Shown here: one piece after another, positions 24,288 to 34,247 of the stretch
Layout: every line of letters begins with the position of its first letter
Position numbering within the stretch: position 1 is the stretch's first letter
Assembly: GCA_030867685.1 (NCBI GenBank)
Contig: JAQOWU010000007.1
Coordinates: forward strand, 2,480,001 to 2,544,000
DNA length: 64,000 nucleotides
Direction of reading: 5' to 3'
DNA from: Wickerhamiella versatilis
Lineage: Eukaryota
Notes under the pieces: generated by a model
Told to the model about the DNA's origin: nothing
Seen by the model: only the letters and a program-made list of their open reading frames with translations
The model's database searches: none
Made by a program: the position numbers and the translations under genes

Positions 24288-25292
24288 TTATAGACAGACA
24301 ACCTTTTTCATATAGCGTCTCCCTTCTAACATCTTGTGCTGACGCATATCAGCAAGCTTATAGGCAAAGTGCCAAAGGGTGTCAAAGAATATCAAGGGTA
24401 CCATATTGCCCTGAAATCGCTGATCTATACCACTGAGATCAAGCTCTTTAGCATCGAGTACAAGGATATTTTCGGTGGAGCCAAAGAGGTGTAGGAATCT
24501 CTCCGCTCTTTCCTCAAGCGGACGAGAGCGGTCTAGCCCCTTAAGCAATACAAACGCCCGATTCTCATCTAAGACCTCAAATGGACCATGGAAGAACTCA
24601 TTTGCATGAATAGCTTGGCTGTTAATCCATAGCATCTCCATCAATACACAGATAGAGAATGAATAAGATGCACCGTAATCCGCCCCACTTGCTAAAGAGT
24701 AGATAATATCTTCGTTAGCAAACCGTGGAGCATATTCAGCAAAAAGAGGGCTGAAGGTTTTTATTGCGCGATCAATGGCGGGTTGCAAAGCATGTATGCT
24801 GTCGGCTAAAGGCTGATTGAGATCCTCTCCCCCCGTCATTGAAACTAACCCCATAATCAGTTGATAAATACGCGAGTAATTGCTGTCTTTCGAGTCTATG
24901 GGGATTCCTGTTGTGTAATGGGCCTCAAATTCAATGACATGCTCTACTACATTAGCAAGTGGTGAGTCACTGTCCGCAGTAAACCCGATGGTGGTAGCCC
25001 CTATCTCCTTGGCAAATTGGGCAGCATCAGTCGTTTCCCTCGTTGTGCCTGTAGTGGAGCACAAAATCACCAGAGAATCTTCGCTAAAGACTTTTGGAGT
25101 AAGCGCAAGAAACTCTGCTGCGTTATAAACACTAGAGGCTACGTTACAATGTGTATCAAACAAGACCTTGGCCCCTTTCAGAACGGAAAGGGACCCACCA
25201 CAAGCAATGAGAAAAACATGATTCAGGGCTGAATATCTCAAAGCCTCTAATGTTGCGACGACTCTGTTGTCATAACTCGTAGGAAACGACAT
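24288..25292 (-). CDS. frlB: Bacterial-type fructosamine/fructoselysine-6-phosphate deglycase (double SIS domain)
   Basis: ACGGS, CSTTGTTRET, SICVLMEMLWI, IHANEFFHGPFEV and C-terminal RRYMKKV resemble Bacillus FrlB motifs (EYFHGPFE, RRYMWKVEY). 334 aa, intronless. Confidence 0.9.
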   Translation of the reverse strand: MSFPTSYDNRVVATLEALRYSALNHVFLIACGGSLSVLKGAKVLFDTHCNVASSVYNAAEFLALTPKVFSEDSLVILCSTTGTTRETTDAAQFAKEIGATTIGFTADSDSPLANVVEHVIEFEAHYTTGIPIDSKDSNYSRIYQLIMGLVSMTGGEDLNQPLADSIHALQPAIDRAIKTFSPLFAEYAPRFANEDIIYSLASGADYGASYSFSICVLMEMLWINSQAIHANEFFHGPFEVLDENRAFVLLKGLDRSRPLEERAERFLHLFGSTENILVLDAKELDLSGIDQRFQGNMVPLIFFDTLWHFAYKLADMRQHKMLEGRRYMKKVVCL

Positions 25293-25430
25293 GGTTGGAA
25301 GTAAGCCACAAAGATAGTCCTGTGCTAGTAATTATATAGTGGTGACAAAGCTTAAGGTATACCGGAAGGTCACTCCGATATTTATCTAATACTATAGATA
25401 ACGACTTGAAACAACTCACGATGTCTTACG
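25293..25430. promoter_or_regulatory. 138-bp bidirectional promoter with a central CGG-N9-CCG (CGGA-N7-TCCG) Zn2Cys6-type site and TATA-like elements on each side
   Basis: CGGAAGGTCACTCCG at 25363-25377, TATATA at 25333-25338, TATTTAT at 25379-25385. Confidence 0.5.
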
Positions 25431-26324
25431 ATGTCTCGTCCACCAAAAATTCTTGCCTTTGGCGATAATGTTGTCGACTGTTATAGCGATCGAAAATTGA
25501 TGTTTCCTGGTGGAAACGCTGTCAACCACTCAGTCTTTGCCCACCGTGCCGGGGCCGAAACTTTCTACGTGGGAAAAGTTGGAACCGATCGCGCAGGACA
25601 CCTACTGCATCAATCATTAGTAGATGAGGGTGTTGATACAAGTTTGATGCGGTTCGGTCCAACGACAACGGCATTTTGTTTGATCGAAACACATGATGGA
25701 GATAGGGTGTTTGTCGGATGTCATCTCGGAGACTCTATTATCGCACCAGGAAGAAAAGATCTTATGAAGCTTTCTGAATGTGATGCAGTGCATACGGGCC
25801 GATCAAGCCATATTGACGCGTGGATACCGACTTTTAGTAAATTAACAAAAGTTTCCTACGACCTTGCCACGGTTCATGAAGAGAAGCGTATAGCAGCAGT
25901 GGCGCCATTCTGTTTTTTGATGTCCTTCTCAGGTAGCAATTTGTCGTCAAGTTCCGCACAAGAACTTGCACAGTTTGCCGTTCGAAAAGGGAGTAAATGG
26001 AGCCTGGTAACTAGAGGAGAGCATAGTGCATTTCTAGTCAGCTCAGAGTCAGTTTTCGAAAAAAAACCATTGTCTATCAATGTGGTTGATACACTTGGTG
26101 CAGGGGATGCATTTATCGCCAATGTGCTTGTAGGGCTGTTAGCTGGGCAAGGGCATCCCAATGCTGTACTCGATATGGCGGCTCAAGCGGCGGCAAGCAC
26201 TTGTCAGGTTGCTAGTGCATTCGGTCATGGAGTACCGATAGATATCGATATATCGCAATCCATGAGTTTAGAAGCCGTATATGCTACTACTAAGGCAGTT
26301 CCGGGGCCCGCGCAGGTGCAGTGA
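25431..26324 (+). CDS. frlD: Bacterial-type fructosamine/fructoselysine 6-kinase (PfkB family)
   Basis: N-terminal GDNVVDCY..MFPGGNAVNHSVFA matches FrlD (GDNCVDIY..GGNAVNVAV). PfkB signature VVDTLGAGDAFIA. Adjacent to frlB. Confidence 0.88.
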   Translation: MSRPPKILAFGDNVVDCYSDRKLMFPGGNAVNHSVFAHRAGAETFYVGKVGTDRAGHLLHQSLVDEGVDTSLMRFGPTTTAFCLIETHDGDRVFVGCHLGDSIIAPGRKDLMKLSECDAVHTGRSSHIDAWIPTFSKLTKVSYDLATVHEEKRIAAVAPFCFLMSFSGSNLSSSSAQELAQFAVRKGSKWSLVTRGEHSAFLVSSESVFEKKPLSINVVDTLGAGDAFIANVLVGLLAGQGHPNAVLDMAAQAAASTCQVASAFGHGVPIDIDISQSMSLEAVYATTKAVPGPAQVQ

Positions 26325-28749
26325 TTAGAGGCCTTTTCTGCCTGTCCTACTCAAACGGGATCTGGATGACTCTCTATATACCGACAGATATATTGCGTTT
26401 ATATTTATCTGTAATACAAGGGTATATTGGAGTATGATAGCTGACTCCACTACTTGAGACTGGTGATAAAATGCAAAACAACATGACTTGTGCGTAGGAT
26501 TACACTTGATAGTTGATAGAAGTCGGAACTTATGCCGCACTGACAGCGATTGCAATTACTTAAAGCCTTCTCTTAAGAACTCTGTATTATAATTTCTCCT
26601 AGAGCGAGAGTTACATTATTCGTCTGTCCGTATACCCGGGTCCACATCGCTGGAAAATATTGGAATCTAGACGATTACTACACTTGATACTTTAGAAGGA
26701 AGAGTCCAGTGTATCTAGTACCTAGTGGCCAGTGAACTCTGGGAGCGTAATTTAATCCGACCTTTGTGTTGCATGAGCAATGAACATAGCTTCGAGATCA
26801 GGTAGTATCTATAGCCATGGTACGCGAAGATCTAACCATACGAAAGTTTGAATATTCGCGCATCTGCTTCGGCTAGTGGGCTATATATATATATCCTCAA
26901 GCTAGCGCCAGACCTGAGACTATCTGCTAAAAATGTGCCTCTTGGTCGCTGATAGCGCTGGTTAGATGTTAGGGAATCACTTGGCTTGTGAGCTAGAAAC
27001 GCGTATTTTAGCCAGATTTTATTTTATTCTTGATTGGTTATTGGCATATATGTGCCCTAATAATGGTATTGTGTTTAAATTATAAGTGAGAGTTCGATAT
27101 CGAAGGTAGGTGAAAAGGTTTGATGGATCTCGACTGGTCTCAATTCTCGATAAGGCGTTTTGAAAACCATGGCCATGGGGTCGAGGAATTGAATCATCTA
27201 CATCCCATTTATATCTAGCTTCTAAAAGGGGAGAGCTCGTTTATATTAGATTAGATTATGCTAATCTACACCCTTTTGAGTGCATGATTCTTCGAGTCGA
27301 AAGAATGCATAAGGGAAGAGCAGTTTCTTCTTATTCATGTGTGACTAAAAGCTAACACCATCTAGTTTCTCTGTTGTAGGATATCTGCCTGCGTGCCGGT
27401 ATATGCCGTTATATTGATAAGCAGATCATATACTGAAACTAGTCTTACCTTGATGATTGTACTTACACGATCCCTTTATCTGTGTATCTACCACCTGCTA
27501 TTATACTTTCTGCTCTATTGATATATATTTGTATGTCGTGGGTGCGAGCTGAAAATATATGTTTCTAGATTTGGCATCATAATATTCAGTTACTCATCTC
27601 ACTATTTAAGCAAGCCAGTTTGCCAACCCTGACGGCTCTTCACATTTTATACTTACTAGGTTCTGAACAAGTGTCAATACAATCGATAGATTCTTGCTTT
27701 TTCTTTTTTCATCAATCGGATCTGCATTGACGTCTGCGTTGACGATACATGGTAGCCCACTCCCGTAGCGAAGCCTGCACTTTGTCACAGCCCCTCCAAC
27801 CATTCCAGACTCACTAGATTTCCAGACCACTGATGTGCTAGCTAGAGGTGTACACTAATTGCTACGTCCTTTTTCATGCTGAAGATACTTATAGTACTCT
27901 TATCCTAGTAATGATTATACCGTCTATATGTGCACGGATGTAAATCAATATCGGTGACGCATGGTCTACGCACATATCAGCTATCTTGCCTGCTTTCATG
28001 TAGCCAAAGAGAAGACACCAGTAAAAGTGACAAAGCAAAGCCTCTTGTCGAATGTGTCATTGGGTTATCTTGCATTGTCCAACCAGCTCCTAAACTCAGT
28101 CATACTCCAAAAGTACAGGTGTTCACGGATATTTTTAATTGGATCCGGAATGGAACATTAGAACAAGTATCTATTCCCTAGAAGAGCCTTATTCTATTTC
28201 ACAATTAGTATATAGAGACATCGACTTATCCATATTGATGGCTTGTTTTTTCGCTGGTTCAGCCAATAATAAGATCAAGCCTTTCTCCCCAATCATCCAC
28301 ATCCCGATGTACGGTATACCGCCCCAGCAGGGTTTACCTTAAACTGACAAAAGCTTTAGGTCGGCAACGGCAGCGATAGCGCAGCGGAGAACGCTAGAGG
28401 GTGAAGCACCCCCCAATAAAAAGTCAGCTCAGGTCTGACGTGAGAACATCTATTTTGATTACCCGGATTTGATTGCGGATATAAATTCTAGGATTACCAG
28501 TTTTGGGAGAACAACTGATAATACGACGCTCCAAGGAGATAAAGCCAATGAGATCATGAGCTCATAGACCTAATTAAATACAAATGAATCTCTTTTATCA
28601 ATATTCGGCCACGAAATTTATCGTAAAATTGTGTAAATCGCACCTAAGAGCAAAAGTTACTAAGGGGTTATAATACTGGCATCAAATCGTGTCTAAATAA
28701 ACGTCAAATTTGGCACAATTTTCATGTTATATACTACCTTCTTCCATCC

Positions 28750-29250
28750 CACCCGCATACGTATCTTGGCATTTAGTAACCTGAGTTGGGCAATCACTGT
28801 TCAGATTATTCATGCTCACCTGTTTTGGGTCAAAGAAGCTCTCCACCCACTATTACATAGCCCTTCGCATCTCACAGCCCTTACCCTCAAAATAACTCCG
28901 AGTGCGCATATTACATAACATACAACATAGATGATGACTCTAAATGGTCATTATACGTTATTGGCTAACATCAGTCCACTGTTTGGGACTCGGGAAAACG
29001 TATAAATTTCACCCGCATACTTACCTTGGCATTTAGTAGCCTGAATCGTCCAATTACTGCAGGCTCGCCTGGGTAGCGATCACATAAGCTTTCTATTATT
29101 ATTTAAGAAATTGGCGGTTGTAACCCTTACCCCAAGAATGACTCGGAATGCTCGCGTTACATAATAGATATTACATTATGGATGATGATTCTAAATAGTC
29201 AGTATATCTTATTGGCTATCATCAGCACTCTACTTGGGTCTCGCGGGAAC
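28750..29250. repeat. Diverged non-coding tandem duplication, period about 260 bp
   Basis: cacccgcatac-ta-cttggcatttagta-cctga at 28750 and 29010; cccttaccc...gatgatga-tctaaat-gtca...ttattggcta-catcag also occurs twice. Confidence 0.85.
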
Positions 29251-29442
29251 ACATCAGGTGTGTTTTGCTCACAAGCAACTCCAACCAGTCATCACGGCTG
29301 TGATACACTAATGCTTACTCTCGAAACAGATATAGCATGAACTGAACTACAGTGACGATGGGTGATCGACAAGGTTAGGATCGTCGCAATTATGGAGTTA
29401 GTAATTCCACACCAGACATCCCCTTCTACCATTCTTCGCATC

Positions 29443-30693
29443 ATGTGGAAAACTGGATTTCTCTTGCTGTCACTAGTTAATGCCCTTATTGACTTCAGCG
29501 AACCCATTCGAGGTGTGTCACTGGGCTCTTGGCTAACTGTAGAATTCTTTTTGACCCCTTCGCTATTTGATAACACGCTAGCTCTCACGGAGCACTCTTT
29601 GACGGCTCAGTTAGGCAAGGAACGTTCTCGAGAAGTACTGCAGCCTCATTGGGACAATTTTATTTCAGAAGCAGACTTTGCGAAGATGGCGTCATGGGGA
29701 ATAAATTTTATTCGCTTGCCAGTTGGCTATTACACGTTCCTACTGCGAGATGGCGATCCCTACGTCGATGGCCAGCTACCATATCTCGACAGAGCCATGG
29801 GGTGGGCGCGTAAGTATGGTATTCAGGTACTTATCGACCTTCATGTTGTTCCTGGTTGGGAAAACTTCAATAACATTGATGAGATTGGGATTCCCTGGGT
29901 GGAAAGCCAAAGTGATATTGACGACACTGTCGAGGTGATTCGCAGAATCGTTAGCAACGTTACTGAGAAGTGGGATGGGGTTGTGACTGGAATTGAATTG
30001 CTGAATGAGCCCATATCACCCATAGATTTACCCCTGGGACTTGTCTATGAGATTACTTGGTTCACTGCGAGATTCTACAAAAATTTGTACTCATATTACC
30101 AAAGATGTATGGAGATAATCCCTGACAATATCAGTGTTGTAATAAATGATTATGGTCAGGGAGCTCCCGATCCTAACAATTGGTTCCTCAATGATAGTAG
30201 AGTGAGTTTCGACTATCACTATTACGACATTTCTGACACTAACCTATTCGGGTCTCAACCTGTCTCAGAGAATGTACCAGCAGTATGCAACAATGCGCCA
30301 AAATGGTATGGAAAAGATCCTAGGCGTCACTTCGTTGGAGAATTCTCAGGGACAAGAGCTGAATGCGAGCGGGTTTTAGCTGGATTCTCAGATTCCATCC
30401 CACCTTGTCATGGTGTTAACAACATTTCTTCTTCGGATTGGTGGACCACAAAGTATCGGGATGATACTCGTAGATTCATTGAGGCTCAACTTGATGCATT
30501 TGAGTCGAGCGGAAATGGCTGGGTGTTCTGGACGTACAAAACTGATGATGGTATTGCTCTCGACATGAGGCATTTAGTGGAATACGAGATATTCCCAGTG
30601 CCATTCAATGAACGCAAGTATCCCAATCAATGCAGTAATTTGCAACAGTATACAAGCTCTCAAGCTTCAAGTACTCCGACGTCGACTTCTTGA
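29443..30693 (+). CDS. Secreted GH5 exo-beta-1,3-glucanase-like protein (Exg1 family)
   Basis: Signal peptide MWKTGFLLLSLVNA, IRGVSLGSWL, IRLPVGYY, IDLH, acid/base ELLNEP, nucleophile GEFS, GWVFWTYK, RKYPNQC. Confidence 0.92.
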   Translation: MWKTGFLLLSLVNALIDFSEPIRGVSLGSWLTVEFFLTPSLFDNTLALTEHSLTAQLGKERSREVLQPHWDNFISEADFAKMASWGINFIRLPVGYYTFLLRDGDPYVDGQLPYLDRAMGWARKYGIQVLIDLHVVPGWENFNNIDEIGIPWVESQSDIDDTVEVIRRIVSNVTEKWDGVVTGIELLNEPISPIDLPLGLVYEITWFTARFYKNLYSYYQRCMEIIPDNISVVINDYGQGAPDPNNWFLNDSRVSFDYHYYDISDTNLFGSQPVSENVPAVCNNAPKWYGKDPRRHFVGEFSGTRAECERVLAGFSDSIPPCHGVNNISSSDWWTTKYRDDTRRFIEAQLDAFESSGNGWVFWTYKTDDGIALDMRHLVEYEIFPVPFNERKYPNQCSNLQQYTSSQASSTPTSTS

Positions 30694-31383
30694 GAAATCT
30701 CAAGTCTCAAAAGCGACGTTTATCAAAAATACAAATAGGCTAATGACACATTCCATTAGTTGTGCAAAAAAAAATGAGGCTATAGCTATTGAAGTTAACA
30801 TGTTATAGACATAACACACGTGGGAAAAGGAATTGCTAATGGCTAGTTTTCAACGTGAGCTCTATCTTGGTTGGCTTTTCCTAAATTGGTGGCTTGTACC
30901 ACAGGTTTAGCTAATAAATTTTCTTTCATACTCAATAACAGTTCAACAAGTCGCCTTGAATAGCTATAAAGCATCTCGTCGTTGAAAGCCCTGTTTTCTA
31001 TTTACAAACGAGAATAAAAATTTAGTTAGAAGATAAACATTCGACCTGGAGGCACACTGCACATTCCAGCGAATCAAATTACATAGCTTCACGGCCCACT
31101 GATCTACCATATGAGTAATTAGCGGCACCCTGGAATTTCCCGGTTCGTGTGATCGACAACGGGAAACACCGGCGCATATTTGTAAGTGCAACATCAGCAA
31201 GGTACTTTTTTCAAGAAAAACCGAAATAATGTGGCATTTTTTAAGATTTAATCACCTCGAGCGAGCCCAAAATCCAGTTCTTGATGAGGCCATTTCACGT
31301 AATCTGCCGGCTAGGAAGATCAATGTGTAATTATTTTTTAGTCATATTGCTTTCTAGTAACTAACCTTCGCCACATCCTACGT

Positions 31384-31587
31384 ATGAATTTCTTGCTTCT
31401 ACTGGCAAGTACATTCGCCATTGCCCAAGGAAACGAGGCTGCATCCACCACAGTTGATTCGTCTCAGTCTACCCCTACGATAAACTGGGGGCTATTATCC
31501 TTCTTTAGGACAGCACAGCCATCTGATATCGAATCGTGGGCCAGAAAGGAATTCCCCACCGCTACCAGCACTTGGAGTCTAACTTGA
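31384..31587 (+). CDS. Possible small secreted peptide (67 aa)
   Basis: ATG start with a clear signal peptide MNFLLLLASTFAIAQG and an S/T-rich body; no recognisable family. Confidence 0.4.
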   Translation: MNFLLLLASTFAIAQGNEAASTTVDSSQSTPTINWGLLSFFRTAQPSDIESWARKEFPTATSTWSLT

Positions 31588-32374
31588 GTGGTTCATTGGT
31601 TCGAAGGTTTATTCTGTCTAGCCGTGTTCGAGGTGAGGTCATATATCGGATAGCTCAAGTGAATTCTAACTAGGTAAATGCTCCTAGAGTTGAAATTGAG
31701 GGATTATCGAGAATTGCAATCTCACTACATACTTCTAGCAATCTAACAAATAGTAGAATATTCCTCGACTTAGAAAATGTGAACTTAATACTTAGTCAAT
31801 TTTTTTTGTCCAAAAGAAATAAATACAGTTAGTTTTTCTCACTGGCTTGCTGACTTGACAGAGGCTGGTTGGAGAGTGGCGTATCGGATAATCTCGGTCA
31901 GATAGCGTAGGAAAAGATTAACAAAGAATTTGGTGCGGGCGACGATTCCTATGGCGGAAATTCTAAAGGATCTGATAAACCAAATTTATTTTCACAAGTA
32001 TCCGACAGTCTACAAATGAATTGCTGGAGAAATTACTTATAATTCTCATCTGAAACTGGTTGGAAAATGCAATATGAGTCAGTTTTCACTGATACCCCCC
32101 AGATTTCTATATATTAGCTAAGATACTTGCTTATGGCTTTAGTATAAAATAGACACAAGTGTCACTGAAAAGTTCAGAATATAGGGATATATAAAGGAGT
32201 CGCGGTATTGTCTTAAGAATCCTATGAAAACGAATTGAGAAAGAAACATAAATGAACAGCCTTATTAAATCCTTAGATTTCCAGTGGACTTCAGGGTTTT
32301 ATTGTCAAATCCGGGTCTTAACGTCAGATTTACCTCTAGTATGCTCTCATAAATTTCACCGGGTTAGGGCTCTA

Positions 32375-32382
32375 GCACGTGC
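32375..32382 (+). promoter_or_regulatory. Pho4-type E-box GCACGTGC
   Basis: Just upstream of the acid phosphatase ATG at 32404. Confidence 0.5.
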
Positions 32383-32403
32383 GCTTCTTTCCATCAAACC
32401 ATA

Positions 32404-33837
32404 ATGTATCTACTTGAAATTCTCACAGTTTTATGTGCTGCTGTGGCATTTCGGGACCCGAATTATGAAGGGAAAAAGGCTTTCTCCCAAGAATGTTTGG
32501 ATCGGTATAATCCTTTGAAGTTTCTCGGGAATTACGGGCCTTACTCGTCGAGAACCGGACTGGGAATCAGCACTGCAACCCCAGAGAATTGTACTGTGGA
32601 CCAAGTGATCCTCCTAGGTCGCCACTCCGAGCGCTATCCAGATCCAGACGATGCACGTGCGCATTTAGCTGTACTTAACAAAATCCAGCAGGGTCACTCA
32701 GGTAGCTTCAGAGGTGATGACCTAGCATTTCTTGATAAATGGACGTATTTTTTGGATAATGAGCTTGCAAATGCTGCACTTGAAATAAGACAAGGTCCTT
32801 ATGCAGGTCCAGCCAGCGCGTATCGCTTTGGCTCGGAATTTCGACAGAAGTATGGGCACCTCTGGGACCACCATTCTCAAATTCCTATTTTCTCAGCGGA
32901 TAGTGAACGGGTACTCAACACAGCCCGAGCTTTTGGTGAGGGATTTCTGGGTTACAACTACTCGAGCATTGCTGCGGTTCAGGTATTGCCGGAGATAAAA
33001 GCTACAGGAGCGAACGCCCTAAGTCCCGCTTATTGCAAAACACCACAAACGTCGCATTGCAACATTGATATTTCTAATCTTGTTTTTCCTGCTTTTAACA
33101 CAGCAGCCGCACGGCTCAATTCCCAGTACGGACTCGAGTTGAATGGCACCGATATCAATACATTGATGGAGATAGGATCATTCGATGTTAGTTCCAGAGG
33201 TTCTTCACCATGGCTGGATGTGTTTACAAGTGAGGAATGGATCTCATACGAGTATCTTAGGACCCTGGACGCTTACTGCAACCAAGGGCCTCAGTCAGAC
33301 GTTGGTATGGCAATAGGGGGAAGCCTGATGAACGCGACTTCCAGATTACTAAATGAAAATCCGCCATCGCTGCCTATCTCTCTAAACTTTGCATATGATA
33401 CTGTGATTACGAAGGCTCTGGCTGCAGCTGGAATATTGACGCCAAAAGAAAATCTGAGCAAGACTAATGTGGTGCTTGGCAGTGGCTATGATATTTCTGA
33501 TATAGCACCAATGGGTGCGAGACTTGTCATAGAGAGGTTGAAATGTGGGGATGGCTATTTCGTCCGCTTCATTCTCAATGACGCCGTGCTTCCACTGGAG
33601 TTTGGGCATACGGGACCAGGGTTCTCAACCCCTCTTTCAGAGTTCACCAACCATATTCAAGATCGAGTGAGCAAGTATAATTATAATAGTGTATGTGCAC
33701 CGGCTGAGGCAGGCGTTCCAGCCGCCCCAAGTTTCTGGTGGGATTACAATACCTCCGCTGGAATCAATCATCAAATTGGTCCCATTTTGTTCCAACAAAA
33801 TTTTGGGGACTGCTCCGTGCACGCCTCGCCGTGCTGA
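32404..33837 (+). CDS. Secreted histidine acid phosphatase/phytase (Pho5/Pho3 family) with variant catalytic motifs
   Basis: Signal peptide; RHSERYP (canonical RHGxRxP); NFAYDT (canonical HD); PMGARLVIERLKC; VRFILNDAV. Confidence 0.9.
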   Translation: MYLLEILTVLCAAVAFRDPNYEGKKAFSQECLDRYNPLKFLGNYGPYSSRTGLGISTATPENCTVDQVILLGRHSERYPDPDDARAHLAVLNKIQQGHSGSFRGDDLAFLDKWTYFLDNELANAALEIRQGPYAGPASAYRFGSEFRQKYGHLWDHHSQIPIFSADSERVLNTARAFGEGFLGYNYSSIAAVQVLPEIKATGANALSPAYCKTPQTSHCNIDISNLVFPAFNTAAARLNSQYGLELNGTDINTLMEIGSFDVSSRGSSPWLDVFTSEEWISYEYLRTLDAYCNQGPQSDVGMAIGGSLMNATSRLLNENPPSLPISLNFAYDTVITKALAAAGILTPKENLSKTNVVLGSGYDISDIAPMGARLVIERLKCGDGYFVRFILNDAVLPLEFGHTGPGFSTPLSEFTNHIQDRVSKYNYNSVCAPAEAGVPAAPSFWWDYNTSAGINHQIGPILFQQNFGDCSVHASPC

Positions 33838-34247
33838 CAACCGGAGCGGCTATATCTGTAATTTATGGGTGTTATCTCGTTTTGTTTTGAGACTTCAGCT
33901 TCGGCTGTAGCTCAGTATACGTGTTTAGAATGAATATTTAGATAGTGTGTATCCATGTTCAGCTCGTTGGAAATATACTTTAGTGCTATCTACCTGAGAC
34001 TGGTTGGACAGTGCAAAATAGCCTAAATAAGCTTACATATTTACACAGAGGTATGGTACTAGTGCAAAATGAAGTCATGAAGTCATAAAAAATACCAAAT
34101 ATCATAGAGAATATATGGGTGACTTACGATGTACATATATATATATGGCTACTATATGAGTTAAGAAGCTGCTGGTTGGACAACGCGAGATATCCCATTG
34201 CTTTTCTACCCACAGCAAAAATTGGAGAAAGTCTAATGTACGGTAAC

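Noticed and set aside
24288..26324. Bacterial contamination as the explanation for frlB/frlD
   Set aside because: Genes are contiguous with fungal genes, divergent rather than operonic, lack obvious SD sequences, and are followed by a copy of the host dispersed motif at 26450; read-level confirmation is still advisable.
32361..32370. GGGTTAGGG telomere-like sequence
   Set aside because: Single short occurrence, no array.
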